64,000 nt of DNA, from NCBI GenBank assembly GCA_039027815.1, contig JBCCJK010000009.1:9724-73723 (forward strand), given 5' to 3'. Under the pieces are notes generated by a model. That model ran no database searches. It was not told the DNA's origin and was given only the letters and a program-made list of their open reading frames with translations. The position numbers were made by a program, and so were the translations under genes. Of the stretch, positions 19,741-30,100 are shown piece after piece (positions within the stretch are counted from its first letter, which is position 1; every line of letters begins with the position of its first letter). The DNA comes from Verrucomicrobiota bacterium. GTDB taxonomy: Bacteria > Verrucomicrobiota > Verrucomicrobiia > Verrucomicrobiales > JBCCJK01.

Positions 19741-19768
19741 AATCTACGCGCCAAGGCCAAAGTGACAA
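19741..19768 (-). promoter_or_regulatory. Candidate sigma-70-type promoter for the rpsL super-operon
   Basis: The minus strand reads TTGTCA (19768-19763), 16 nt, then TAGATT (19746-19741), about 175 nt upstream of the rpsL ATG. This is a pattern match only. Confidence 0.3.
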
Positions 19769-19811
19769 GCTCTTTGTGAAAGTTTTTTCCGGCGAAACGA
19801 GGGAGAGAGAC

Positions 19812-19886
<75 letters not shown>

Positions 19887-19986
19887 AGCTTGGCCCCCTT
19901 TTTTGGGGAGGGAAAGAGTAGCCAGAGAGGCGAGTTCGTCAATCAAGAACCCAAGCTAGCCCCCAGCACAGCCGGCTCCGCTCCGC

Positions 19987-22560
19987 CTATTTGCGGATGA
20001 CCACTTGATCGACATCCAATCCCTCTTCGCCCTCGCCCAACACCAGCTCCTTGCGGACCACCAGGCCACGAAACAGGCCCTGCCCCGCCCCCGAGGCCTG
20101 GGCGTGAACTCCTGGACGAGAGTTGAGAAAATTGAGATTCACCCCGACGGCCTGGCCCTGGCCCACGCGGATGCCATCCCCGTGGCGGGTCGCTGTGAGG
20201 TTTTGCAGGACGAGGGTCCCACTTTCGACCTCGGCCAGGTGGTCCGGCGTGCCCCAGACCATGGTGTTGATGAGGACCGCCTCTGCTCCAAATTCCGGCC
20301 CCACTCGGATGGCCGTTTTGTCCTCTGACGACATCGCGACCAATTCCGAATTGATCATGGTGATGGTCTCACTCCCATGTTCAAAAAACACGCCAATCTT
20401 CGAGCCATCCGTGCCGTGCCCATGGCAGATGAGGTTTTGAGGGCCTTTTCCTTGGGATTCGGTGAAGCGAATGCCGTAAAGCGAGCCATAAACGAAGTTC
20501 TGGTAGAGAAACTGATCCACGCAGTCGGAGAGGACGAGCGCATCCATGTTGGCTTTTTGGTATTCCCAAAGATCGTTGCCCGTCCCTGATTTGATGCCTC
20601 CCGCCGTCTTGTTGGCAAAGAAGGGATTATTTCGTGGGCCGCGCGACCAATAATGGGGATTGAATTGGAGATTGCGGAGTTCCCCGCCGCGACTGCCCCC
20701 TCCGATGCGGACCCCTTCTCGCAGGGGGGAACCGCTCAGGTAATCGACGAAATGGCGGTCGCACCGATGGGTCGAAAGGTCGAGGTAGCGGTAGGGGTTG
20801 GCCGCATTGACATTGATGATGTAAAGCTCCGCCCCCGCCCCCTGGATCAAGAAAGGGAACTCTTTGAGGTCATTGATGTCTTGGTCGGGATAGTTGAAAG
20901 AGAGGCCCCGCAGCCCGCTGGCTGCCTCCATCACGATGGTTGGCTCCCCATCTGGAGGAGAAACGTGCAGGATGCTTCCCAGCGCCATGGTGTGGTGGGG
21001 AACGTCGTGAATGCCTCGCAGTTCCACGCCACTGGGAATGCGCAGGCGACCTCGCAGAATGTAGTCCTCTCCCGGCAGCAAGACCACCCCCCCTCGGGAA
21101 GCCAAAGAGTCGAGAGCTTGCTGGATTTTTCCGCTGCTGTCCTCGCCTTCTTCCGGCCAGACGAGAACCAACTCCGTCGAGGCAGGACGAAAGGCCTGCT
21201 CCTCCCGAAAAGGATACTCAGGGATCCCGCGCAAAGGGAGACGATCTTCGAGCACTTGGAGCTTCTCGGCCGGCGAGCCCGAGCCCAGCGCCACCGCGTC
21301 TCCGGAAAAGTCATGACCAGAGATGACCACGCCATCCACGTCCGAGCCGAAGTGAAGGCGGCTGCCCACCGAAGCCAGTTCGGAGCTGACGATCGAGAGC
21401 ACGCCCCGATCGACTTCCAGATCCCCCCTCAAAACCCGGCACTGCTCCAGAAAGACCACGCCGTTCCCACGGGACTCGAGCGCCCTCCCCGCTTGGAAAA
21501 GGCAGTGCGAGAAAAGCACCACCGAATTGAATTCCGGGCTGAGAAGGACCCCGTAGGAATCGCCCGCGAAGTAGCACTGCGTGAACACCATGCCATAGGG
21601 ATTGGTCTTGTCGACGGCCAGCGCGACCGCGCAATCCCGCAGGATCAAGCGACGAAACTGAGCGTTGGCCGCCCCTCTCGCCCCCTCGGTCACCATGAAC
21701 CCGGTCTGGTAGCCCTCCACATGAACGCGGTCGACATACTCCCAATCACTGCGCAGCATGTGAATCCCCGTCCCATTTGCCCGCAGCCAGCCTTCGAAGC
21801 CGCTGCCAGCCACCGGCGCCCCTCGGAGCCCGCTGGAACGCCAATAGCGCGGCGAGAAAAACACCCGCTCTAAGCGGCCAATATCGGTCGTGGAATCATA
21901 GCGGATCCCCACCTTCAACGGCGTGCCGAAAACATGATTCACGTAGTGGAGCTCGTTCGGCTGAGGGCCGATCTTGATCCCCTGGTAGGGATTGAGGAGA
22001 GTCAAGTTTTGGAAGGTGGCGTTGTTCATCCCGGTCTGTTCCAGGCAGAAGGGATAGGGCGTGGGATTGCCTGCCGATTGCTCGGGATACCAAATCGTGA
22101 GATCACGAATCCCCGCGCTGGTGTGCACGCTGACAAAAGCCGTCCCTTCTTCCTGCCCTTGATCCGCAAAAGGCATTAAGACGCTTCCCACCACTTTGCC
22201 ATTCGTCTTGAAGGGGGAATGCCATTCTCCCCTGAGCGTGACCGATGTCGGAATCCTGAGTCGTCCATCGAAACGGTAAAAGCCTTCCGGAACAAAGACC
22301 GTTCCTCCGCCCGCCTCCCGCATCGCGTTGAGCGCCTCTTGGAAGGCAGCGGTGCAGTCGGTCCGACCATCAGGAACCGCTCCGAAATCGAGCACATTGA
22401 GTCCAGCCACCACCACGTCCTGGGTTGGATACCGGACGGGAATGACCTTCCAGTCAACCTCCGGAGCCGCCTCGAGCCCCATCCAGCTCCCAGCTAGGCA
22501 CAGAAGCCCAGCGCACACGCCGAAGGCGCTTTGCTTTCCACTGAACTTACTGAGCCGCAT
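19987..22560 (-). CDS. Secreted tandem right-handed beta-helix (pectate-lyase fold) protein, GH55-like glycoside hydrolase
   Basis: Two copies of the N-cap motif typical of Pectate_lyase_3/GH55 domains are present: LDFGAVPDGRTDCTAAFQEALNAMREAGGGTVFVPEGFY and DSSGKIQQALDSLASRGGVVLLPGEDY. A signal peptide follows the internal ATG at 22560 (MRLSKFSGKQSAFGVCAGLLCLAGS). The track ORF extends to 22662. Confidence 0.65.
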   Translation of the reverse strand: MRLSKFSGKQSAFGVCAGLLCLAGSWMGLEAAPEVDWKVIPVRYPTQDVVVAGLNVLDFGAVPDGRTDCTAAFQEALNAMREAGGGTVFVPEGFYRFDGRLRIPTSVTLRGEWHSPFKTNGKVVGSVLMPFADQGQEEGTAFVSVHTSAGIRDLTIWYPEQSAGNPTPYPFCLEQTGMNNATFQNLTLLNPYQGIKIGPQPNELHYVNHVFGTPLKVGIRYDSTTDIGRLERVFFSPRYWRSSGLRGAPVAGSGFEGWLRANGTGIHMLRSDWEYVDRVHVEGYQTGFMVTEGARGAANAQFRRLILRDCAVALAVDKTNPYGMVFTQCYFAGDSYGVLLSPEFNSVVLFSHCLFQAGRALESRGNGVVFLEQCRVLRGDLEVDRGVLSIVSSELASVGSRLHFGSDVDGVVISGHDFSGDAVALGSGSPAEKLQVLEDRLPLRGIPEYPFREEQAFRPASTELVLVWPEEGEDSSGKIQQALDSLASRGGVVLLPGEDYILRGRLRIPSGVELRGIHDVPHHTMALGSILHVSPPDGEPTIVMEAASGLRGLSFNYPDQDINDLKEFPFLIQGAGAELYIINVNAANPYRYLDLSTHRCDRHFVDYLSGSPLREGVRIGGGSRGGELRNLQFNPHYWSRGPRNNPFFANKTAGGIKSGTGNDLWEYQKANMDALVLSDCVDQFLYQNFVYGSLYGIRFTESQGKGPQNLICHGHGTDGSKIGVFFEHGSETITMINSELVAMSSEDKTAIRVGPEFGAEAVLINTMVWGTPDHLAEVESGTLVLQNLTATRHGDGIRVGQGQAVGVNLNFLNSRPGVHAQASGAGQGLFRGLVVRKELVLGEGEEGLDVDQVVIRK

Positions 22561-22658
22561 CACGGTTTTCTTGAAAACGGAGCCAAGGGCCAATCCGAGT
22601 CCAGAGCAAGCCCTCAATGCAGGCAGTTCTTCCACCGAAAGACGGAAAAGCCGACCTT

Positions 22659-23945
22659 TCAAAGAGAGCGATCCAAAAGAACCTCTTTGCCTCGCATGAC
22701 CAAGTCGATCCGTCCTTTGAGGGTCTTGTCGAGAAAGGGGGTGTTGCGGCTTTTGCTGCGGAAATACTCGGTCGTGAACTGGGTTTCGCCTTCCGGATCG
22801 AAGACGACTAGATTGGCCAGCATCCCGGGCTCAATCGCCGTTTCATGCAGGCCGAGAATCCGACGTGGAGCCGCGCTGTAGGCTCTCACCAAGGTGTCCC
22901 AACCGAGAAGCCCGAGGTCGATGAAGTGATGATATAGGGCAATGAGCGCCGTTTCCAAACCCGTGATGCCAAAAGGCGCTTCATCAAAGCTGCATCGCTT
23001 CTCAAAGTCGGTATGCGGCGCGTGATCGGAGACCAGCACGTCGATGGTGCCATCTTCCAGTGCTTCCAGGAGAACGGCGTTGTCGGCCTTGGTCCGCAGC
23101 GGGGGATACATCTTGTAAGCGGTATCAAAGTCTCCGATATCTTCCTCTGAGAAAATGAGATGGTGCGGGGTGACCTCACAGGTCACCGGGACCCCTTCTC
23201 GCTTATAGCGGCGGATCGTTTCCACCCCATCCGCCGTAGAGATGTGCTGCAAGTGAAGTCGCGCGCCGGTGTACTTGGCCATGCGACAATCCCGAGCGAT
23301 GCAGATTTCCTCAGCGCAGCCGGGGATGCCCGGGAGCCCGAGCTTGTAGGAGACCCGGCCCTCGTTCATGGCTCCACGCCAGGTCAGCGCAGGCGTGTCG
23401 CAATGCTCCGTCACGATGAGCCCAAAGCCAGCCGCATACTCCAAGGCCCTTCGGAGCACCCGGGCGTCTTCCAGGGCCGCATTGTCATCGGTAATCATGA
23501 CGGCCCCCATAGCCGCCATCTCCCCGATCTCGGCCAACTCCCGGCCCTCGCGATTTTTCGTGATGCAGCCCGCGGGATAGACCGGGATGCGGGCCTCCTC
23601 CGAAGCGATGTTGCGAATGGAGCGCACCATCCCGGCGCTGTCGATCGCCGGATGGGTATTGGGCATCACGACCACGCCGGTCACGCCTCCATTGATGGCC
23701 GCCTCCGTCCCGGAGCGAATGGTTTCCTCGTCCTCGCGGCCCGGCTCCCGGACATGCACATTGAGGTCGAACAAGGCCGGCAGAAGGATCTTGCCCCGGC
23801 AATCCACCACCCGGCATCCCTCGGGAATGGCCAAACCAGGCGCCACTTCCAAGATGGCCCCGCCCTCCACGATGACATCCGCCTCTTCGGGCGCAGCCAT
23901 CTCACTGGCCACCCGCCCCCCTTGGAAAAAAATCACTTCACTCAT
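22659..23945 (-). CDS. pyrC: Dihydroorotase (class I / allantoinase-like); the first His of the HxH motif is Asn
   Basis: 428 aa with DLNVHVREPG, MPNTHP, ITDDN, TEHCD, LHLQHIST, EVTPHHL and SDHAPH. It overlaps pyrB by 8 nt. Confidence 0.85.
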   Translation of the reverse strand: MSEVIFFQGGRVASEMAAPEEADVIVEGGAILEVAPGLAIPEGCRVVDCRGKILLPALFDLNVHVREPGREDEETIRSGTEAAINGGVTGVVVMPNTHPAIDSAGMVRSIRNIASEEARIPVYPAGCITKNREGRELAEIGEMAAMGAVMITDDNAALEDARVLRRALEYAAGFGLIVTEHCDTPALTWRGAMNEGRVSYKLGLPGIPGCAEEICIARDCRMAKYTGARLHLQHISTADGVETIRRYKREGVPVTCEVTPHHLIFSEEDIGDFDTAYKMYPPLRTKADNAVLLEALEDGTIDVLVSDHAPHTDFEKRCSFDEAPFGITGLETALIALYHHFIDLGLLGWDTLVRAYSAAPRRILGLHETAIEPGMLANLVVFDPEGETQFTTEYFRSKSRNTPFLDKTLKGRIDLVMRGKEVLLDRSL

Positions 23946-24879
23946 CCCGACTTCCTTTCGGCCTCAGCCAATAAAGAACCGCCATGCGGGCAGCGATTCC
24001 ATTTTCCACCTGCTGGTTGATCAGACTCCGTTCATACTCCATCACCGCATCGGCCACCTCCACGCCTCGGTTGACCGGCCCAGGATGCATGATGTGAATG
24101 CCCTCCGCGCGGACTTGTTCCAAGCGCTCGCCCGTCAGGCCGTAAATCCGATGGTACTCGTGTAGGGTGGGGAAAAACTGCTCGTCCTGCCGCTCCTTCT
24201 GGACTCGGAGGAGGTAGATCACTTCGGGAGACCACTTCATGGCGTCCTCCCAAGAGTCAAAGACCGGGCTGTCCTCTGGCACCCACGAGGGCATGAGCGT
24301 CTTCGGACCGAGTAAGCCGACCTCCACCTCCAACTTCCGCAAGATCAAGCGAACCGAACGAGCCACCCGGGAATGCAAAATATCCCCGATCAGGAGAACG
24401 CGCTTGCCGGTCGACTCGGGATGCACTTCGCGCAGCGTGAAGGCGTCCAGAAGGGCTTGGGTGGGATGAGAGTGCCACCCATCACCCGCGTTCAGAACCG
24501 AGGCGCCGGTGTGGCGAGCGATCAGGTTCGGGACGCCGGAGTGACCGTGGCGCACTACGATGTAATCGACCCGCATCGACTGGAGCGTATCGACCGTGTC
24601 GAGGATGGACTCTCCCTTGACCACCGAAGAAGAGGAGACGCTGAAATTGGTCACGTCGGCGGAGAGTCTCTTGGCCGCGATCTCAAAGGAAGAACGCGTC
24701 CGGGTAGAGGGCTCGTAAAAGAGCGTCAGGACTGACTTTCCTTTGAGGGGCGGGACCTTCTTGATCGACTTGGTGATGAGATCCTTGAAGGGCTTGGCCG
24801 CTTCCAAGAGGTATTCCAGCTCCTCCCGAGAGAGGTCCTCAATGTCCAAAAGATCCTTTCTCGGTTTCAGCTCACTCAT
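23938..24879 (-). CDS. pyrB: Aspartate carbamoyltransferase catalytic subunit
   Basis: FYEPSTRTRSSFE, HPTQALLD and HPGPVNRGVE motifs. Confidence 0.94.
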   Translation of the reverse strand: MSELKPRKDLLDIEDLSREELEYLLEAAKPFKDLITKSIKKVPPLKGKSVLTLFYEPSTRTRSSFEIAAKRLSADVTNFSVSSSSVVKGESILDTVDTLQSMRVDYIVVRHGHSGVPNLIARHTGASVLNAGDGWHSHPTQALLDAFTLREVHPESTGKRVLLIGDILHSRVARSVRLILRKLEVEVGLLGPKTLMPSWVPEDSPVFDSWEDAMKWSPEVIYLLRVQKERQDEQFFPTLHEYHRIYGLTGERLEQVRAEGIHIMHPGPVNRGVEVADAVMEYERSLINQQVENGIAARMAVLYWLRPKGSRDE

Positions 24880-25424
24880 GAGGTCAAATGCAATCGCTCG
24901 ACCGAGTCGACTCCGTCGACTTCTTTTAGCTGCACACGGATGTGCTCATCGCGAGCTGTCTCGACTGTCTCGCCCACAAAGTCGGCCGCAATCGGCAATT
25001 CGCGATTGCCTCGATCGATCAGAACTGCCAGCCGGACCCGCGCCGGACGTCCGTACTCCATGAGCGCATCAATGGCCGCCCGAATCGTCCGTCCCGTGAA
25101 AAGAACATCGTCACAGAGAAGGACGTTGGCCCCATCGACCGGGAAAAAAAAATCGGAACTCCGCAGTTGGGGAGAGGTGCCGAGATTATCGAGATCATCT
25201 CGATAGAGAGAAATATCGATGCTGCCCCGCGCCACCGTGGCCCCGGCCGCCTCGAGAGCCGAGCGCAGTCGCTCCGCGATCGTGACCCCACGAGTGTGAA
25301 TGCCCACCAGAGCGAGAGGCGCCTCCCCTGGTTGCTCGAGAATTTCCCAGGCCACGCGCTGGAGCTTGGTATCGATCTCCGAACCGCTAAGAAGGCTTTC
25401 AGGCTGAATCTGTTCGAGTGACAA
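24876..25424 (-). CDS. pyrR: Bifunctional pyrimidine operon regulator / uracil phosphoribosyltransferase PyrR
   Basis: 182 aa with the PRPP motif VLLCDDVLFTGRTIRAA. It has a TTG start at 25424 and overlaps pyrB by 4 nt. Confidence 0.88.
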   Translation of the reverse strand: MSLEQIQPESLLSGSEIDTKLQRVAWEILEQPGEAPLALVGIHTRGVTIAERLRSALEAAGATVARGSIDISLYRDDLDNLGTSPQLRSSDFFFPVDGANVLLCDDVLFTGRTIRAAIDALMEYGRPARVRLAVLIDRGNRELPIAADFVGETVETARDEHIRVQLKEVDGVDSVERLHLTS

Positions 25425-25496
25425 AAGAGAGGCGACGGGCGTTTCGTCATCCTCCCGATTGCGGGAATGGACGCAAGCGGGAGTCTTCAGGAAATA

Positions 25497-26744
25497 TCAG
25501 TCAAAGTGCAGACGGCCGATATCGCTCCGGACTTGCTTGCCGTCGAAGCGCACCTTGGCCATCTCGCGGTGGGCTCGTTCAAGCGCCTCCTGGCGAGACT
25601 CGGACCCTGCCACCACCGCCAAGACACGCCCCCCATTCGTCTCCCAGCCTGCCTCGCCCGAACGGGTGCCCGCATGAAAGACCTCCACCCCCTCCAATTC
25701 ACCCAATCCACCAATGAGATCCCCCGAGCGGGAGCTAGCGGGATAGCCGGCGGAAGCCGCCACCAGACAAACGCTCCAGAGGGACTGCGTCCGAAGCAGC
25801 TCCTCGCGGATTTCCCCTCGCGTCGCTTCCAGAAGATACTGCGCGAGGTCCCCCTCCATGAGCGGCATCACGGCCTGGCACTCCGGATCGCCAAAGCGGC
25901 AATTGTATTCCAGCACCTGGGGCCCCTCTTCGGTCAGCATGACGCCGAAGTAGAGAAACCCTCGGTAAGGCAAGCGATCGGCTTGCAGGCCCGCCACTGT
26001 TGGCTGCACGATCTTGTTCTCAATCTCGGCCAAAAGAGAGGGCTCGATGAGATCGAGACTGGCCACCGCCCCCATGCCGCCTGTGTTGGGCCCCTCATCC
26101 CCATCGCCCAAGCGTTTGTAATCGCGGGCCGGTGAAAAGATTTGGTACGCTCCCCCGCTGACCGCCGCGAAAATGGAAACCTCTGGTCCAGCCAAACACG
26201 CTTCGACCAAAACCTGGCCCTCGCCAAAGCGCTTATGCAAGAAGACCTCTTCCAAAAAGGCCTCCGCCTCCTCCGGGTTCCCACAAACGGCCACCCCTTT
26301 TCCGGCCGCCAAACCATCGAATTTGAGCACCACCGGAAACCTCTCCAAGGCCTTCTTGCCTTCCTCGTAATCGCTCACCGTGAGGTAATCCGCGGTCGGG
26401 ATGCCATGGCGCACGAGAAACTCCTTGGCGAAGACCTTGCTGGCTTCCAACTGGGCACTCTCCTTGGGCGGCCCCCAACAGAGCACGCCCTCCCGCTGGC
26501 AGAGAGCCGCCAAGCCGTCCCCTTCGACCAACCACTTCTCCTCGCCGGCGATCACCAGATCGATTTTCTCGCTGGCTGCGAAAGCGACCAGCTCCTCCAT
26601 CGAGTCAGCCGGCACCGGCCGGGCCAGCTCGAAAAGAGCATCGCTTCCCGGCCAGACATAGAGCGCCTCGCAGGCCGGCGACCGCCGCAAACTCCAAGCC
26701 AAAGCATGCTCCCGCCCTCCTTTGCCAACCAAAATCGCCTTCAT
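25497..26744 (-). CDS. purD: Phosphoribosylamine-glycine ligase
   Basis: MKAILVGKGGREHALAWSL..., an ATP-grasp core and GPNTGGMGA. Confidence 0.93.
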   Translation of the reverse strand: MKAILVGKGGREHALAWSLRRSPACEALYVWPGSDALFELARPVPADSMEELVAFAASEKIDLVIAGEEKWLVEGDGLAALCQREGVLCWGPPKESAQLEASKVFAKEFLVRHGIPTADYLTVSDYEEGKKALERFPVVLKFDGLAAGKGVAVCGNPEEAEAFLEEVFLHKRFGEGQVLVEACLAGPEVSIFAAVSGGAYQIFSPARDYKRLGDGDEGPNTGGMGAVASLDLIEPSLLAEIENKIVQPTVAGLQADRLPYRGFLYFGVMLTEEGPQVLEYNCRFGDPECQAVMPLMEGDLAQYLLEATRGEIREELLRTQSLWSVCLVAASAGYPASSRSGDLIGGLGELEGVEVFHAGTRSGEAGWETNGGRVLAVVAGSESRQEALERAHREMAKVRFDGKQVRSDIGRLHFD

Positions 26745-26789
26745 CCCCGTGCCCTAAAACAAGACCCGCATCCGCGCAAGAAAGCCGCG

Positions 26790-27071
26790 CTAGGATCGCT
26801 CCCAGCGGGCCAGGCGCGGGTCCACCACAAAAGGGCCGAAAGGCAGGAGCGCCGCCATCATGACCAAGGCCACTCGCCCGAAAGACCATCGCCGCCGAAT
26901 CCAGACCGCCAGCAAAGAAAAGCCAAAGGCCAGGAACAAAACCCCGTGCACCCAACCCACCACGTGGACCATGCCCGGTCGATCGAGGAGATACTTGAGC
27001 GGCATGGCCACCAACAAAAGCAGCAAATAGGAAAGCCCCTCCGCCTTCCCCAGCCAGCGCAGGAGAGTCAC
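26790..27071 (-). CDS. Small integral membrane protein, DUF3817-like
   Basis: 93 aa with three hydrophobic helices, GLSYLLLLLVAMPLKY and a C-terminal PFGPFVVD motif. Confidence 0.65.
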   Translation of the reverse strand: MTLLRWLGKAEGLSYLLLLLVAMPLKYLLDRPGMVHVVGWVHGVLFLAFGFSLLAVWIRRRWSFGRVALVMMAALLPFGPFVVDPRLARWERS

Positions 27072-27132
27072 CTCGCCTTGATCTCATCTTGCACCTCCCG
27101 CCTTCCCCCGCTTAGCTCTTAGGCCTTCCCTT

Positions 27133-30100
27133 TTGTCCTCCTCCTCCGATTCCCCCTCGCCCCCCCGCCGCTATCGCAAACGATGGTACGCCACCAAGCG
27201 CTTTCGCTTCTCCGCCTTGGCCCTGGTGCTCTCTCTCTGGATCAATGGTCCAGGCATCCGCTGGATCCTGGAAACCTACACCCTCTCCTTGGTGAAAAAA
27301 CAGGGTCTGGAAGGCACACTCGACTTTAGCGGTTGGCTCCATTCCGGGCTGGGCCTGCGAGATGTTCGCTTGGTCGGTCAGGGCGAAGTGCGCCAAGTTC
27401 GCATTGAGCGCTTGCAGCTGAATTGGCGCCTCTGGGAAATCGTGACGGGCCAGCTCCGCGCGGTCACGGCACAAGGCCTTCACTTCGCAGGCCACCTCCC
27501 GGCAGGCAAGAAAGAGCCGGCGCTGGCCGAGGAAGCGACCCCGCCCCCAGATCCTCGCGAGACCGTCACGGCCCTCCTGAAAACCCTCTCCTCGCGCCTA
27601 GGCCCTCTTCAGCTCGACCTCCAGGACCTCTCCTGCCACCTGACCCAGGGCCAAGACCAGGTCTGGCAACTGGCATCGACCTCCCTCCGACACGAGTCAG
27701 GCAGCCGCCAAGTTCTCCTGGAGCTGGGAGAATTCCGCTACCCCGGGGGCCAGCCCCTGCCCGCCCAAACCATCCGGCTCACCTTGGCTGAAGAACGCTT
27801 CTCACTCGATCGGATGCAGCTCCCGGGGGCCTGGGTCTTGGAACAGTTTGAATTGACCGCCCCGAGCCCGGAAGCGCTCACCACCAGCCTGGACCTTCGC
27901 TACGGCCAGTCCACCTTGCTCTTGCAGAGTAGCGATGGCTTTGACAAGGCCCTCTGCCAACTCTCCGGCCCCCCTTTTCCCTTGAGCCGCGCCCTTTCTG
28001 AATTCGGCATACAGGACGTCCGCGGCCAAATCGATTCCCTCCGCCTGGTCGCGACGGGGCTCTTCCCCGATCTCGGCCAAGCCCGGGCCGAGGCGCGCTT
28101 GGCGGCCTCGGGCTTGGGCTATCAGGAATGGGAGGCCCCGGAGCTGAGCCTGGCCGGCACCCTGGCTGGGAAAGACTTGGACGGTCGTCTCGAAGCGCTC
28201 TTCGAGGACATCCCCCTCACGCTCACGGCCTCTGGAAATCTCGCTCAGCAGGTGGCCCGCCTTCGTCTGCAACTCCCCACTCTCCAGAAGGTGCAAGACT
28301 GGGTCGGCCGCCGTTTTCTCGACCTCTCGCCGACCCCGCCCCCGCTCCTCGGCCAAGGCGAGCTTCTGGCGCAAGTCCGCTGGGGAGAAACCATCCACCT
28401 TCCAGAAGCCAGCCTCGCCCTCACCTCCCTCAGCGTGGACGGCTCCCCGCTCTCCCCCCTCACCCTCAGCGGCAGCTTCCAAAACCCAGAGGAGTATGCA
28501 GGCGCGCTCCAACTCGGCCGCCCAGACGAGACCCTTCTCCAAGCCTCCTTTTCCCAGAGTGCCGCCGGCTACACCGCCCAGATGGCCCTGCTGGAAAAAG
28601 GCTGGCCGATCCTCCGTCAGCTCGCGACCGCCTTCGGAGCGAACGCCCTGCCCGAGGGTGACTTGCTCCTCTCTTTCGAGGGAAGCGGCCATCTTGCAGG
28701 CGGCAGGCACCGCGGTCAGCTTTCCGCCTCCAGCCCCTCTCTCACGCTGGCCACCGACCTCAGTCCCTCTCTCGGACTCGAGGCCGAGTTCGACTGGCCC
28801 CGTTCCGCCACCATCCACAGCCTGCAAGTGGGCCTCGAGCCCGGCACACTCTCGCTGGCCGGTCGCTGGAGCGAAGACCGCCTGCGTTTGAGCCAAGTCG
28901 AGGCCACTTTGGCCGATGGCAGCCTGCTCTTGCAAGCCTCCGCCTCCCTGCCCTGCGCTCTCGACGCCACCACCCTCGACCGTTTTCTCAGCCAAGAAGG
29001 GGACTTGGACTTGCAAGTGAAGGTGCCTCCCGGCGCCAACGCCCGCTGGGCCCAGTTGGCCCCCACTCTCCCCGCGCTGACCGGGACAGGCGGCCTGCAG
29101 CTGGCGCTGGGCGGGACTTGGTCGCGCCCCGAGATCGACGGTTCACTCGACTTGCGTCAGATCGCCCTCCCCGAAAAACCGGAAATCCCGCCATCGGATC
29201 TCTTCTTCGCCCTCCAGACCTCTCCGGCGGGCGACCTTCAAGTGACGGGCCGGGCCCAGGCCGATCGGCTCCCGCCGCTCACCCTCGAGGGCCGCTTTCC
29301 TCTCCGGCCCTTGGACTGGGTGCCAGGCGATCAGAGCCTCGCGAATTCCCCCATCGACCTCTCCCTCCAATTGCCCCGGGTTGAGCTGGCCGTCTTTCAC
29401 GGGCTGGCCCCCCAGTTGGAAAGCCTGAGCGGCTCGGCCGAGCTCCAGCTGCGCGCTCGCGGGACCGTGGCCGAGCCTCTCCTCACTGGCTTTGTGAAGG
29501 CCGAAGACCTGGCCTACCGCAGCGACCTCGAATCCATCACCGACGTGACCGATGGCGACCTCCATCTGCTTCTCGACGACCGCCAGATCGAAATCGCGGA
29601 ATGGGTCATCCGGGGAGCCGGCGGGCGGATGGAGATCACGGGCGGAGGTGATTTCACGGACCTGGCCGACCCCGCCTTCGACCTCACCCTCCTCGGCGAT
29701 CACCTCCTGCTCTGGCGGGACGAGATCGTCTCCGCCCGCGCCAACACCCGGCTCCGTCTCGCAGGTCGTTTGAGCGAATCGCTCCTGAGTGGTCGCCTCG
29801 CCCTCGTGGAATCCCTCCTCTTCAAAGACATCAACCTCATACCCTCTGGACCCGCCTTCGGCCTACCCAGCCAGCCCTCCCTCCCCGCCATCCAAGGACC
29901 CCCTCCCCCGTCAAGCGATCCCCCGCCCTTTCTCGCGGGCTGTCGCCTGGATGTCCAAGTATTAACCGAGGACCCCCTCCTCATTCGGGGGAACCGCATC
30001 CGCGGCCGCATCACCTCGTCCCTCCAAGTGGGCGGCACCCTGGCCGAGCCGCTCCCAGACGGCAGCATTCGCCTAGAAAACGTCTCCGCCCAGCTCCCTT

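Noticed and set aside
19887-19915. CCCC-TTTTTT-GGGG hairpin between the beta-helix gene and the tRNA, as a possible terminator
   Set aside because: The stem is only 4-5 bp. On the transcribed (minus) strand the loop is A6 and no U-tract follows.
25019-25450. 143-aa ORF overlapping pyrR in another frame, preceded by GGGAGGA
   Set aside because: The GGAGG sits directly against the ATG with no spacer. The product is low-complexity and S/R/F-rich, and it fully overlaps the well-supported pyrR frame.
25425-25496. A PyrR-binding anti-antiterminator loop in the leader upstream of pyrR
   Set aside because: The ~70-nt spacer contains only a small TCCCG-CAAT-CGGGA hairpin. There is no UCCAGAGAGG-type PyrR box on the transcribed strand; an AGAGAGG string is present only on the opposite strand.
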